64,000 bases of DNA from Chlorokybus atmophyticus (lineage: Eukaryota > Plantae > Mesostigma and Chlorokybus algae): positions 1,230,466 through 1,294,465 of the forward strand of contig RHPI01002262.1 in the NCBI GenBank assembly GCA_009103225.1, written 5' to 3'. The stretch's first letter is position 1, and every line of letters starts with the position of its first letter. The position numbers and the translations under genes are program-made. Below the pieces are notes generated by a model. That model had not been told where the DNA came from, searched no databases, and saw only the letters and a program-made list of their open reading frames with translations. Below, piece after piece: positions 1-12,400 of this stretch.

Positions 1-90
1 ACGGACTGTGTGCGCAAGTGCGCGCGCGCGCGCGCGTGTGTGTATGTGCGTGTCTGTGTCATCGTGGCATGACAACATCTCATCACGCAG

Positions 91-1197
91 GCTCCCACAA
101 CCACGACCACGACCACGACCACAACCCCAGCGCCCCCGTCCACGCCCACTCCCTCGCCGACCTGAGCGTCGGTCTCTCCATCCTGGCCGGCCTCCTCCTC
201 TTCTTTCTCGTCGAGGTGGCCGTCCGCGCCGGCTCGACCAACGGCCACGCTCACCATCACCACCATCACGGAGGACATCTGATGACTGAAGAGCGTGGTG
301 GGGAGGGGGTGAAGGGGGGAGAGGGGCCGGAGGGGCTGAGGAGGAGGAAGGAGGGTGGGGAGAGGAAAGAGGGGGAGAAGGTGGGGAGTGAGGGTAGGGA
401 GGGTGGACAAGGACAGGATCGGGTGGGGATGAGGACGCTCGGGTACCTCAACCTCTTTGCGGATGGCGTGGTGAGTCCTGGTTCTGTTTAATCATGGATG
501 TGTGAAGCGTGCTTGGGTCGTCACTGGTTGGCTGGTTTACTTGCGTGTGCATGTGCATGTGCGTGTACGAGTGTGTGTCTGTATGTGTATCTGTCTTCTG
601 TATACTTGGGTGTGCGCGTGTGCACACACTTACGCGTACATACACACACATGCACGCATGTGCGTGTATGTCTCTGTCTCAATGTTCCCTTCACCGCAGC
701 ACAACTTTACAGACGGCATGGCGTTGGGCGCGGCCTTCTCCAGCCGCGGGTTCGCCGCGGGTTGGGGCAAAACTCTCTTCATGATCGCGCACGAGCTTCC
801 ACAGGTACACCCCACTAATACACCCATATCACCCACACAATAACAACAACATACCCTTGCATATTGGTTGTCATCACACGCGCAGGAAATAGGAGACTAC
901 GGCATACTTTTACGCGCGGGCTTCGGCGTCATGAAGGCGCTTTTACTCAACTTCATGTCGGCTTTGTTGGCTCTGTTCGGGACGGCTTTCGCGATCATAG
1001 TGGGTGGCGGCAACAACACACATACGCACATTATCGACGCGTCTCTGCTGGAGGGCTTCACAGCGGGCGGGTTCATGTATATCGCCCTCGCGGGTGTCGT
1101 GCCTGATATCCACGCCAACCGCACGTCCACGGGGATGCAGCTGGTGGCTGTGCTCGCGGGTATGGGCGTGGCGTTGTGGATATCGACTGTGGAGTGA
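91..1197 (+). CDS. ZIP (SLC39A7/ZIP7/IAR1-like) zinc transporter, 3' part; gene starts upstream of the window
   Basis: Exons 91-470, 700-804 and 886-1197 join through GT-AG introns. They give a His-rich loop (HNHDHDHDH, HAHHHHHH), NLFADGV|HNFTDGMALGAAF, MIAHELPQ|EIGDYGILL and FTAGGFMYIALAGVVPDI, the LIV-1/ZIP7 signature motifs. Confidence 0.93.
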
Positions 1198-2329
1198 TGC
1201 GCAAGAGCATTTGAGCAACCACACGGTCAATAACATGTTGTGTGAAGTGGTTGTGAACACTTTGCGGCTACGTATTAAAATATCAGAGCACAGATGGCAA
1301 GCAGCTGGGGGAGCGGTTGTTTAACGTGCACGTGAACACATGCAAGTGAGGTTACACATGTTGGTGACACAAGCGCAGGAGTGCCCGTTGGGTGCGCAAG
1401 AGACGAAGTGTGTATAAGAGTGAATGCGAGACGGTGCGATAGCGAGTCAGAACAGTGTATGCAATGCTGTGATTGTGCCCAACACGGCATACCAACACAG
1501 TCTATGACACATGTGCCGCAAGGGTTGCGCCGCCAGGGGGCGCAGCAGCAGAGAGGGTGGGAGACAGAGGAGAGGGAGCGGGAAGGGCGGTGTGGTGGCG
1601 GAGAAGAAGACGGAGGAGGGCGCAGAGGGGGGGAGTCCTGCTGGTGTGTTGTCGTTGCCGCTACTGCCGCGTGGTACAAAACTCACTGCATCGGCCATGC
1701 GGGCAGGTCAACGCATATGCATGTGCATGCTTGCATGGCTTACCAGGTAGTAGGGGTAGAGTAGTGGTTTAGGTAGTGAATGAACCCGGTGGTTGACTCG
1801 ACAATAGTGTGGTTGGTACGTGCTGTCTCACTCCGCATGCTACTGACTGTGCATACCACTATGCATGTGCATTTCCGTTTCACACTGTTTGTACATGCAT
1901 GAGTAAACCACATCACACACAACAATCACGTTTGATAACCACCGGGCTATGTAACAAGCTAGCTACCTACCTTCACTACAGGGGATACCCCGTTGGGTGC
2001 GTGCGCACGTGGGTGTGACTTTCCATTGTGTACATAAAGGGTAAGCTGCTATGTATAACCGCGCAGCACTAACTGCACAGCTGTTCTCTACCCGGGAAGG
2101 AAGTAGAGAGTAACGATATACACTCTGCGCGTGTGTACGTTATTTACATATGTTGAGAAGGTGTGCAAGCAGGCAACTGCACATGCGAGAGCGCAAACGA
2201 AGCTGTCACAAATGCGTGTGTAATGTATACTGATATGTCAAATTGCGCAGGGATATACAGCAAAACCGAGTTTGATAGAAACAGGTACGCACACACACAA
2301 CACTAATCAAGTCCACACAGATTGTCCGC

Positions 2330-3780
2330 TCAGCGCGAGCCCTCCTTGCCAACACCCTCCTGGTAGTCGGGCTCGCAGAACTCCCCGCCGAGGTCGTCGC
2401 ACGCCTCTCCCGGGAACACCCTGCCAGTAACACACGCGTACACACATGACATTACGGTCTTTTCGTGCCAAAGTGCATGGAGAAGCACTCGCGCACACAC
2501 TTATACTTGGGTAGATTTGTGTATTCTAGAGTGTTCCTTTCCATGCATGCTGCTCAGATGCATAATCCCAACATTGCCTCACCACGTCATCTGATGTGTA
2601 GATGGACACAGCAAGCGTGTGCATGCCATGCCTGGTTGTTACATGTCTGTAGTATATGCACACACCATCTACGTGTGTGTCATATGTGACCAATGTGGGG
2701 TGTATACATACAACCTGTGATGATTTGCAAACAGTGCTGACATGCGCACAGTTCTCATGTATCTTGCACTTTACATGCACGCTCTGCTCAATTGTGAGTA
2801 TGTCATGCATGTGCTATGTTGTGCTTACGTCTTATTGGATGATTCGTAGTTGACGTAGTCGCGGTCGGGCTCGTCCTTGCTGCTGTTGTTGCGCTGGCGC
2901 GGCTGAGCCTCAGAGCGCACCTCCTTGCCGACATTGTTTTTTTCACGCCAGTCAGGCTCGCAGAATTCCCCGCCCAAATCGTCGCACGCTTCGTCAGGAA
3001 ACACCCTGGAGAATGACACAAATGTCACACATGCTAGTTCGCGCTAAGCACATGCATGCATGTGCTTACGCGAACGTGCACAGGCATGCGCACACACGCG
3101 CATTAACAATGCTGCAACGTGTTGTTGTAATTGTGCTCTAACCATAGTGCACAGCAGTTTGTACGTAAGACATCAATACCAAGTTCCAAAGCACACAATA
3201 GCAGTGACAAATTGCAAGTCCTTTCACATGTGTAGTTGTCACTGTGAGTATGCAAACAAACCGAACAGCAACCAACAGCATCATTTGCACAATGTTATAT
3301 GTTCCATTCAGTGGCAATGCCATAATTGTACTGCAATCAAAAGCAATGCCTGAATAGATGTAATTGACGGCTCACAAAGGCATGCTTCAGAGTGTGAGCC
3401 ACTCAGTGACGTTTGAATGGTGAAGCGGAAAGGCACACGCATGTAACAGGCATGCAGAGAGAGAGAGAGAGAGAGAGAGAGTACACACCATTAAGCGAAA
3501 CACACGTCTCATCTGACCCAACCAGCCCAACCAATCCCACTTACGATTCGTCTTGCTTGTCGTACTCCACATACTCCTCCGCCTGCTTCTTCTTCCCACC
3601 CCCAAACAGCGCCTGCGCCGGGGAGGAGGCTCCCCTACTACTGTGAGACTTGACCACCTTGGCCTTCAACAACGATCCGCCCTTCAACGGCCGCACCGAC
3701 CGCACCGACCGGCTGCTGCTGGGAAGCCTGGCAGTCATGGGCACTGAAAGGGACATGGCCACGGCTGCCGTAGCTGCCAT
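2330..3780 (-). CDS. LIR1: LIR1-like light-regulated chloroplast protein
   Basis: Exons 3780-3545, 3005-2829 and 2420-2330 join in frame. The N-terminus is Ser/Ala/Arg-rich like a transit peptide. Two copies of VFPxEACDDLGGEFCEPD, each preceded by (E/D)Y(V)xY, match the repeated LIR1 motif of land plants. Confidence 0.88.
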
Positions 3781-3817
3781 CTTGTTATATGTGACAGCTT
3801 CTCCTTGGGGGGGGGGG

Positions 3818-3908
3818 NNNNNNNNNNNNNNNNNNNNNNNNNNNNNNNNNNNNNNNNNNNNNNNNNNNNNNNNNNNNNNNNNNNNNNNNNNNNNNNNNNN
3901 NNNNNNNN
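3818..3908. other. Assembly gap (N run) flanked by poly-G
   Basis: Run of N with G homopolymers on both sides. Confidence 1.
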
Positions 3909-4542
3909 GGGGGGGGGGGGGGGGGGGGGGGGCGCTGCTTCACCTCCTTGTCCTAAGCCTGGTCCACGTCCTTGTCCTTGTCCTGCACCGCCGCCCCCGC
4001 CGCAGGAAATGTGGTATGCAGCAATGGAAAGCAGTAGTGTTATCTCAAGTGCTTACAAACGGATATTCTGATGAGATCGGCGATATCGGTCTGTGCTTGC
4101 GGGCTAAAGCGCAACAGGGGCTAGACAGCGAGTATTATGCAATGCATCGGGTGGGAAACCGACCACGGAGAATATCTTGTTTTTGGGCTGACGTCAGCAG
4201 GTCGGCCCATACGGTACAGAGTATAGAGTTGTGACATACATACTGTACCCCTATGCAGGTGAACTATCCATTGAACGAGGCTACACAACCAGTCGCCGGG
4301 TGATAGGTCGGTCATTGTAGCTAGGCGCTCGTCACGTCCAAACAAGTAACGTGACATACTACATAATGCGTGATGCGTTACGAACCGCCATATAAGGAAG
4401 GCCGTAACTCACGGCCCGTGAGGTTATTGTTGCCCATTTGACCCGACGTCTCATGGGAATTGGCGCATCGCAAATCTGTTGTTGGCTCGTAAGACGTCGA
4501 GGCGCTCAACGGCAAACGGCGCCTGCGTCCTCTAACGGCGGT

Positions 4543-4886
4543 ATGGCTCGCACCAAGCAAGTTGCGAACAAAAAGAACTCCTGTCCCTCCCAGTCCCGCA
4601 CCCCCCGTGCCCCCTGCCCCGCCTCAGCAACAAAAGTAAGTGGACGTTCGCATGTGCTGTGAACGATTGATGCGCCTTTAACAAAAACCCCGCTGACGAC
4701 TTGTTGCTCAGCGGGTCGCTCAGGGAGAGGCGTCGGCTGCAAGATAGCACGCAGCCTGTGATTCCGCGTGGTGCGTTTGCTCGTCTCGTAGGTGACATCA
4801 GTCGGAGTATGCAGGACTCTGATGCTGCATTTCGGCGCACATACTCTGGCATCCATTGGCAGGCTACTGCACTAATCTCGTTGCAG
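4543..4886 (+). pseudogene. Degenerate, truncated CENH3-like (centromeric H3 variant) gene fragment
   Basis: ATG 4543 gives MARTKQVANKK plus a divergent tail ending at a GTAAGT donor (4636). Downstream reads LRERRRLQDSTQPVIPRGAFARLVGDISRSM...HWQATALISLQ, i.e. histone-fold alphaN/alpha1, a long loop 1 and the W typical of CENH3. There is a frameshift near 4716-4722, and the rest of alpha2/alpha3 is not found. Confidence 0.6.
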
Positions 4887-5028
4887 TATAACATCTGCAG
4901 GTGTTGGGGAGACACGTAGTGATTTACAACGAGTAGATTGCGTGCTGCTGGATGTCAATTGTCATTATGTAATAAAAAGAGAAGCATTCCATAAGGTTAG
5001 GCTGGGTTGAATAGTATTTGGTATATAC

Positions 5029-5087
5029 GTGCAGACATCTGATAGCTATAAACTCGAGGCGAGTTAATAGCTATCAGATGTCTGCAC
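5029..5087. repeat. Near-perfect inverted repeat (hairpin)
   Basis: GTGCAGACATCTGATAGCTAT is the exact reverse complement of ATAGCTATCAGATGTCTGCAC. After one mismatch the stem continues as AACTCG/CGAGTT around a 3-nt AGG loop. Confidence 0.95.
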
Positions 5088-8000
5088 ATATACACCTCCG
5101 ATACCAATGTGAGGCTCTGATTAACTGATTCAGTGAACAAATTGTTAATTCACTTGTAAAATATCCTAAGTGAACTATCAACATAAACTATTTAGTTCAG
5201 TGAATCAATCAGCCAAGTGAACTAATTCTGTCAATCGCGGGTGCTTTGTAAATATGCAACACTTGTGCATAAGCATGTACCCCTCTCACAACATCCAACT
5301 TAGGCGTGTGAACAAACGATCTCAGATAAAAGGGGTTACTACCCAACCAGCTTTCTTACAACAATCAAGTTGTAACCAAGTGAACCACAAATATACCATC
5401 TTAGTATAAGTGTAAAACACTGAGTACCTGGAAAGGCTTTGGTATGGCGTTCCCTTGATTGGCCTCTCTCAGATCACCCAAGAACTTTAACCCTTAGTGC
5501 CGGCCTTTACTCCGCATACAACTCGCTGAAGACAACTGAATGCCGACTACTTGGCACTGCCCCTTTTTATACTCCGGGGTTCCTGTGCCTTTGTTAGTTC
5601 ATTACGCCCGATCGAACCCTCGAAAACTATTTTCCGAATTGCCAACGCTTTTGAGCGAACATCGGAAATCTATTTCAAAGTATGACCCCTGATGCGATTC
5701 TCCTATGTTCATAACTTTCAACCTTCCTATAAAGGAGTGAGTTAGTAGTGCGGAAGCCCATATATTGATTTACAACATAGTTCGACAATCCCTATCCTCG
5801 GGAACTGTACTATGTCGGAGTCTCCGATGGTACCTACCATTGTCGTGAATACGATAGTGAGGTACTTTTTTAGTACTTCATCTATTGCAGCATTCTGTGC
5901 TCAGTGAACTGGCGTATGTCGCTTTAACGCCAACATCTAAATATTTAACGGGTTGATAAATCCATGGACTTAACGTTTTGTTAAGATACCCCTCTTAGTC
6001 TAATAGATTATAAGGACTTTTTGTTCATAACGGTAGCTCAATTCGTCCCATTAATCTTTAATGGTCAATGGATTCCAAAGTCTTTTGACTAAGGTCTTAG
6101 AAATTAAGCTGTCACGTTAGCCAATGCGGAATCAAGCTCTTTAGACGGCTCGTGTGATACGGCGTGAGGATTTCAACCCTAACGTCGCTCGAACGTAAGC
6201 GCAAACACGCTACCATAAATGCAAGTCAAACAAAAACGCATTAAACAACAATTACTCGTATTGTAAATAACAATAGGAGTACAAGATGCGATGAGCATGA
6301 GGAGAACATGGAGTTGGATGACAATGCAGACACAGACGAGACTATGACGGACATTGATGCCGATCAAGATAGTAATAGTAGTGATGAAGGTCTCGAACTA
6401 GATGGGGGTGATAGTGGTGCATGCGGTGGTGCTGCGGCTGCGGTCCCTATATGTGTGGGTTGACTCGTTTAATACGTGATGTGGGTCTGTAAAAAGAGCG
6501 TGTTGTTGTTTGAGTCATCAACATGTACTGTGTATCAAGTTTTTCGTTATGTGTGAATGGTATGTAGCATTATGGTCCCAATATTCGTACGTTGCATTTA
6601 ATGCAAATATGATAATATAAGTAACGCATTAATTCGCACGCCCGGATTTGCTAGTACAAATACGCAAATTGTTAAGCATATATATAAATTAATCAATATT
6701 TGCTATACTTTAAGAGGTGTGTAAATATTAGTTTCATGTTAGCTTCATATTTATTTCACACAATTTCCAATATATGCAAAGCATGCAACGTTGACATGTG
6801 ACAATTTTGTAGTATGTAGTTTGATTGTATATATGTAGATCATACCTCGTGCATTATTGCAAATAAACCATGAAGTTTATACAAGTTAAATCTCCGTAAT
6901 TCGCAGCCATGAAAGGCACAACATGCAGCATGGAGGTTGTTTATACTTGCTTGTTTATGTGTTGCTATGCTTGCTGCTGCTGCTTACAATGTGCACAAAT
7001 ATATGCACATGACAATTTTAATTATTGCATAACTTTAATGAAGTATGTAGCTGGTATTCTATTCGATATTGCTATATATATCAAGGGTGCGCATGCATGA
7101 TATACAAGCAGTGCAACAGTTTGCGCTGCATTTTGCTGTATATGTGTAAACGCACAAACTGCGTCACAAAATTGTTTATGATTATTGTCTGAAAAAGTTG
7201 TAAAGCAATTGAAGGCGTGAGTAAGTGGCATCGTTTCAAAGTACATCATTTTTTTTACAACTTAAAAGGCTATGATTGCGGCTGAGATATAACAGGTTTA
7301 TCTGCAAACATAGCAAAAATATAAACACATATAAACACAACTTTTGCTCGTGATTGGGGCTAGCGATGTTAAAGAGCACCAGGTTAAGATCATACATACC
7401 ATTAATTGTTCGATTTTGATTAATTGTTTAATGAGTATGATGCTCAAATAATGGTAGTCCACTTCAGCCACGCAGAATGAAATAATACGCTGCAACGTAG
7501 TGTGACTTCATGTTATAGTATTTGTGCAATGCTGTAATGTGGCGCAAATAAACACGCATGTCACCCAAGTCATGCTTTGACAGATTTGATATTTTATATA
7601 ATGCGCATCACCGATGTTGCAATGCGTTGTGCTAAACAGTGCATGTGTTTGTGCGCATTGACGTGTGTAGTTTTGATAATAAGATACATACAGTCTAAGC
7701 AAAATGTATGTATGGTATTGTGTTGTACCTAACATGAAACCCATAACCAAATTGACATTGCAATGTAGCTTGTCAATGTAGCTTCTTGTTTTTTACCGGT
7801 TCAGTTCATGCCCAAACCTAGGCCCTCGGCCCCGCGCGCTCCCGCTCTTGCTCGTACAGCGAGGGCACCCTGCCCCGGCAGTAGGCATTTACCGATGGAT
7901 TTTTTAGCGCCGAGCGGGCAGGTCACGTGATGTCCACCGGCCTGCCTGCCGCTGAGGCGGCGGCGGCGAGGATGACGATGGCGCTGACGTGGTCATCCAG

Positions 8001-8562
8001 TTGCTAAGGTAGGGGAAGGGTGAAAGGCGAAAGGGGAGGTCTAGCAGACTGGCGATGTTATTAAGCGGGGGATGCTAACAACTGGTGAGCTTGTGATTGA
8101 CGTGCGTGTACATGTACGTGTGCGTGTGCGTGTCAACGCGCGCGTGTTTGGACTACTGGAATCTATGCTCATTTCAGTGACTACAGAGGTGGCAGATGCT
8201 CTGTATCTTAACGCTATGATGTATGGACTGTTACACGACTAAACCAGACAACCACATCTGTAATAATTACTCATCCAGAAGCACGCACAGCTCACTTATA
8301 GTCACAACCTCATGCGACTACACTGCATTGTCAGTATTACAAAGGTATCATGATGACGGAAAAAGTCGCAACCCACTCGCTTATATGGCACAGCAACAGA
8401 TCTTAAGCAAAAGTACATACCGTGACGCAGAGACTAGTGTTGTACAGTACCAGTCTCTCCGTGTAAGTTGAACTTGTGTGTGCGTCATGCCTCTTCCAGC
8501 AGCCAAGAGTCTTCGTACAGATCAAGACACGCACGCAAACGCACTTCTACCGCCCCCCTCCC

Positions 8563-9084
8563 NNNNNNNNNNNNNNNNNNNNNNNNNNNNNNNNNNNNNN
8601 NNNNNNNNNNNNNNNNNNNNNNNNNNNNNNNNNNNNNNNNNNNNNNNNNNNNNNNNNNNNNNNNNNNNNNNNNNNNNNNNNNNNNNNNNNNNNNNNNNNN
8701 NNNNNNNNNNNNNNNNNNNNNNNNNNNNNNNNNNNNNNNNNNNNNNNNNNNNNNNNNNNNNNNNNNNNNNNNNNNNNNNNNNNNNNNNNNNNNNNNNNNN
8801 NNNNNNNNNNNNNNNNNNNNNNNNNNNNNNNNNNNNNNNNNNNNNNNNNNNNNNNNNNNNNNNNNNNNNNNNNNNNNNNNNNNNNNNNNNNNNNNNNNNN
8901 NNNNNNNNNNNNNNNNNNNNNNNNNNNNNNNNNNNNNNNNNNNNNNNNNNNNNNNNNNNNNNNNNNNNNNNNNNNNNNNNNNNNNNNNNNNNNNNNNNNN
9001 NNNNNNNNNNNNNNNNNNNNNNNNNNNNNNNNNNNNNNNNNNNNNNNNNNNNNNNNNNNNNNNNNNNNNNNNNNNNNNNNNNNN
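8563..9084. other. Assembly gap (N run)
   Basis: 522 consecutive N. Confidence 1.
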
Positions 9085-9496
9085 GATTGTGGGTGGGTGG
9101 GTAAGAATGTTGCACAAAGAGGAGAGAGAGACAGGACACGTGTACGCGCAAGCACATGCATACAAATAATTGGGGGGGGTACCAAAGACGACGACGGCGA
9201 AGCCGCAGTTGGTTTCGAGCACGGCAGGTTGCGACGCGCGTTGGAATATCTCCCGCACGTAGTAAACCAGCCCTCCGTCGGCGGGTTTGGGGGCATATGT
9301 GAATGTGGTGTGGAGGGGTGGAGCAAACCCCCACATACACACGTACGCACGCACACACTCACGTACACACGCATGCGTTGTGCAAGCCAATGCACATGCC
9401 TCAATTACTCAGCTTATGTCCACACACTACCACTCTCTCCAATTGACTCACGAACATGAGTGTCCTGTGTTTCAGCACAGCCCCAATTGTCTTCAC

Positions 9497-12400
9497 ATGG
9501 CTGCAATGCATCCACCCGAGGACGTGCCAGCAGCACCATCAGCCGATATCAACACCGATACCACCGTCTCCCCACGCCGCTGCCAGAGCACTCTCCCAAC
9601 ACCAAGAAAGCCTTCCGTATCAGCGTTCGTATCGCCCCGCAGCATCGCGCAAAGTATCATCCGAGGAGGGGATGCAGATGCGATATCCATCAAGCGACCG
9701 AAATCCGCTGGAGAGTACATGAACATGAACCTCCTCTCCAGCCCTCGTTATAAGAACCAGCAGCGCCAACATGGGGAGAGTTTCAACGGGTCGCAAACAG
9801 CAAGATATGGCTCCAGACCCTCCACTGCAGCCACAACAACATCCACATCAACAACAGCAGCATGGGCAGCAAACACCACATCAGCAACGAACACAACACC
9901 AAGGAGGAAAACACCCGAGTGGGTCGCATCCGTGCGAGCAGAGTTGGCTCTAATGAAGCACAAAGACAAGGACAAGGACAAGGACACCACCTTCAACAAC
10001 AAGGACAAGGACACTGTCATGGCGGTGCAGAGGGATGCGCGTGTGCAAGGTGAGGTGGCGCGGGCGGTGCGGGCGCACGAGGAGGCCCTCCATGCCATGG
10101 CAGCCACGCACAACCAGCTGCGGGATGTCCGCATGTAAGTGTGTGGGTGTGAAGTTTGTAGGAATTGTGCACTTTCCAACATAATCCTATGCATCCACAC
10201 GCACATGCACACGCACACCTTTGCACACCAGGGCGCATGCACACGCACACGAGCGCTTCCCCCCGCCCCCCCTGCCCCCCGGCACATGCACATGCACATG
10301 CACGTCCATACAGCAGACCGCATGCAGAAGTATACGCACGCGTGAGCGTAGTCGCGCACTTGCAGGTTGAGGGAGGAGCAGTTTCGGCATGCCCAGGCTG
10401 AGCTGGAGATCTGCTGCTGCGAGACAAGGAAGCGAACCACAAGCCCGGACGCGGGCGAGCGAGGCACACAGGTGGGGCTTGCCAACATATGCCAATTGGG
10501 GATGAAAGCTGTGCAAGTGCTGACTTGCTTGGTGTGCACACACCACCCACATTCGCACGCACGCACACACGTGTATGCACGCATGCGTGCTCGCGCACTC
10601 ACGCGCAAACACGCATGCCAGTTGGTCTCGGACATGGAACGCAGAGTGCAAGACATCCTCTCCTCCACGGAAGAGGTACACACAGGCACGCACGCGCAAG
10701 GCACACACGCACACGCACACGCACACGCACACCCACCCACCCACCCACTCCCCCTTACCCCCCTTGCCAAGGTAAAGATGCAATCCAAGACCCACCTGTG
10801 CGTCCTCGACCGCCTCCGTCGCTCCGCGCGTGCCGCGGTGAGGCTGATCGAGGGGATGCGGGAGAGCGTGGAGCATGTGGGTCAAGCAGGGGAGGGGGAG
10901 GAGGAGGGGCTGCATCGGGCGAGGGAGGAGTGAGTGTTGGGAGGGGGAGGGTGGGCGTTGGGGTGTTTTGGTGGTGGTGGGGGGGGGGGTATCTTGACTG
11001 TTTTTTTGTAGGTGCTACCACGCGCAGCAGGAGCTTGAGCGGGAGCGCGCCGCGCTGGCTGAAAGAGCCACGAATCACTCCCAAGAGGTTGGAAACACAA
11101 CATCAGCGCAGTGATTGATACAAACGGAACGGAAAAGTACAATACTCAACAACGAGTGTTGGCGTGTGGGTCTGTTCAGTTGTGTATATGTGTGAGTGTT
11201 GGCGTGTTGGTTGGTTGCTTGGTGTACGTGTACGTGCATGCGTGTATATGTGTTTGAGTGTAGCAGTTGCGCGTGAGATGTACGCTGATTGTTGAGTACG
11301 CTTGTCCACCAAGCATGTGTTTGCTGACTGCGTCAATGTGCGTATCCCTCAGTTGGAGCTTCTACGTGGCATGGCTTCCGCCCGCACCTTCTCCATCTCC
11401 ACTCGCGCCTCCCTCTCCGCCCGTCGCGACCGCCTGTTCGAGAGCGTCGCCAGCAGCGGCGGCATCGACGACGACGCCAACCCGCACGGCAGCGTGGACG
11501 ACGCCAGCAACGGCCACGTGGACGAGTTTGCGCGACGGCAGAATAAATACGCGCAGTCACTTGCAAAACTCGCAATCAGCGCGTTCAAGTCGGGCGGACC
11601 AAAGAAGAAAGAAGTGAGTGACTTGGCGTGTGGGTGGGCGGGCGGGCATACGCGTGTGTTTTTGTGTGCGTGTGCACGTGTGCGCAATTATGATCACATA
11701 TATGCACGCGTGCGCAAGCATGAGTGCTTGTTTGTTTGCATGCGTACATCTGCACGCACGCGCACAGGCACAGGCATGCACGCACACGCACATGTACACG
11801 TATATGTACATACACGTACGCGTACATGTACACAACCGTGCGCATGAGCGTGCTTTTGCGCTTGTGTACGTGACTGAGCGTGGATGCATGTCACTTGGAC
11901 CAGACGCCGCAGAAGAAGAATCAGGAGGAGGCCATACAGGAAGCCTTTGAGAGGCTAAAGGCGGTCACTGGGCTGAGCGGTGAGAGAGACGACCTGTCTC
12001 CGTTGTATCTGTGAATGTGTATGCTTGTGCAACTTCACAACGTGATCGCGTGACGCAACATGTGTACTTGTGAGCGCGCGCGTATCTGTTACTCTTATGC
12101 GTGCGTGTGTGTTTTCAGAGCTTCAGGCCATGACGGACCTGGTGATCGCGCGTTGCAAGGCCGAGAGCATCCTGCAGGCCGAGGTCGAGAGGGCCGAAGC
12201 AAAAAAGGCGCTCCTCCAATCGCAGGCAGTAAGTGAACTTGGGGGGTATTCTGTGTGCATGTAGCAACGCTAGAGGCACTTCAGATGCAGCTTGGTTGTG
12301 TTAGGGTGGGCTTAGTTGATTGGTAGCAGTGTTACACGCACGTTGACGCAAGCACGCACGCACGCACGCGTGTGCACGCACACACACCCGTACGCAATCA

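Noticed and set aside
7930-9260. Exon-like fragments around the second gap (possible Dpy-30/RIIa-like NPLAYMAQQ, or 5' exons of the coiled-coil gene)
   Set aside because: No consistent reading frame can be built across the gap, and the motif similarity is too weak.
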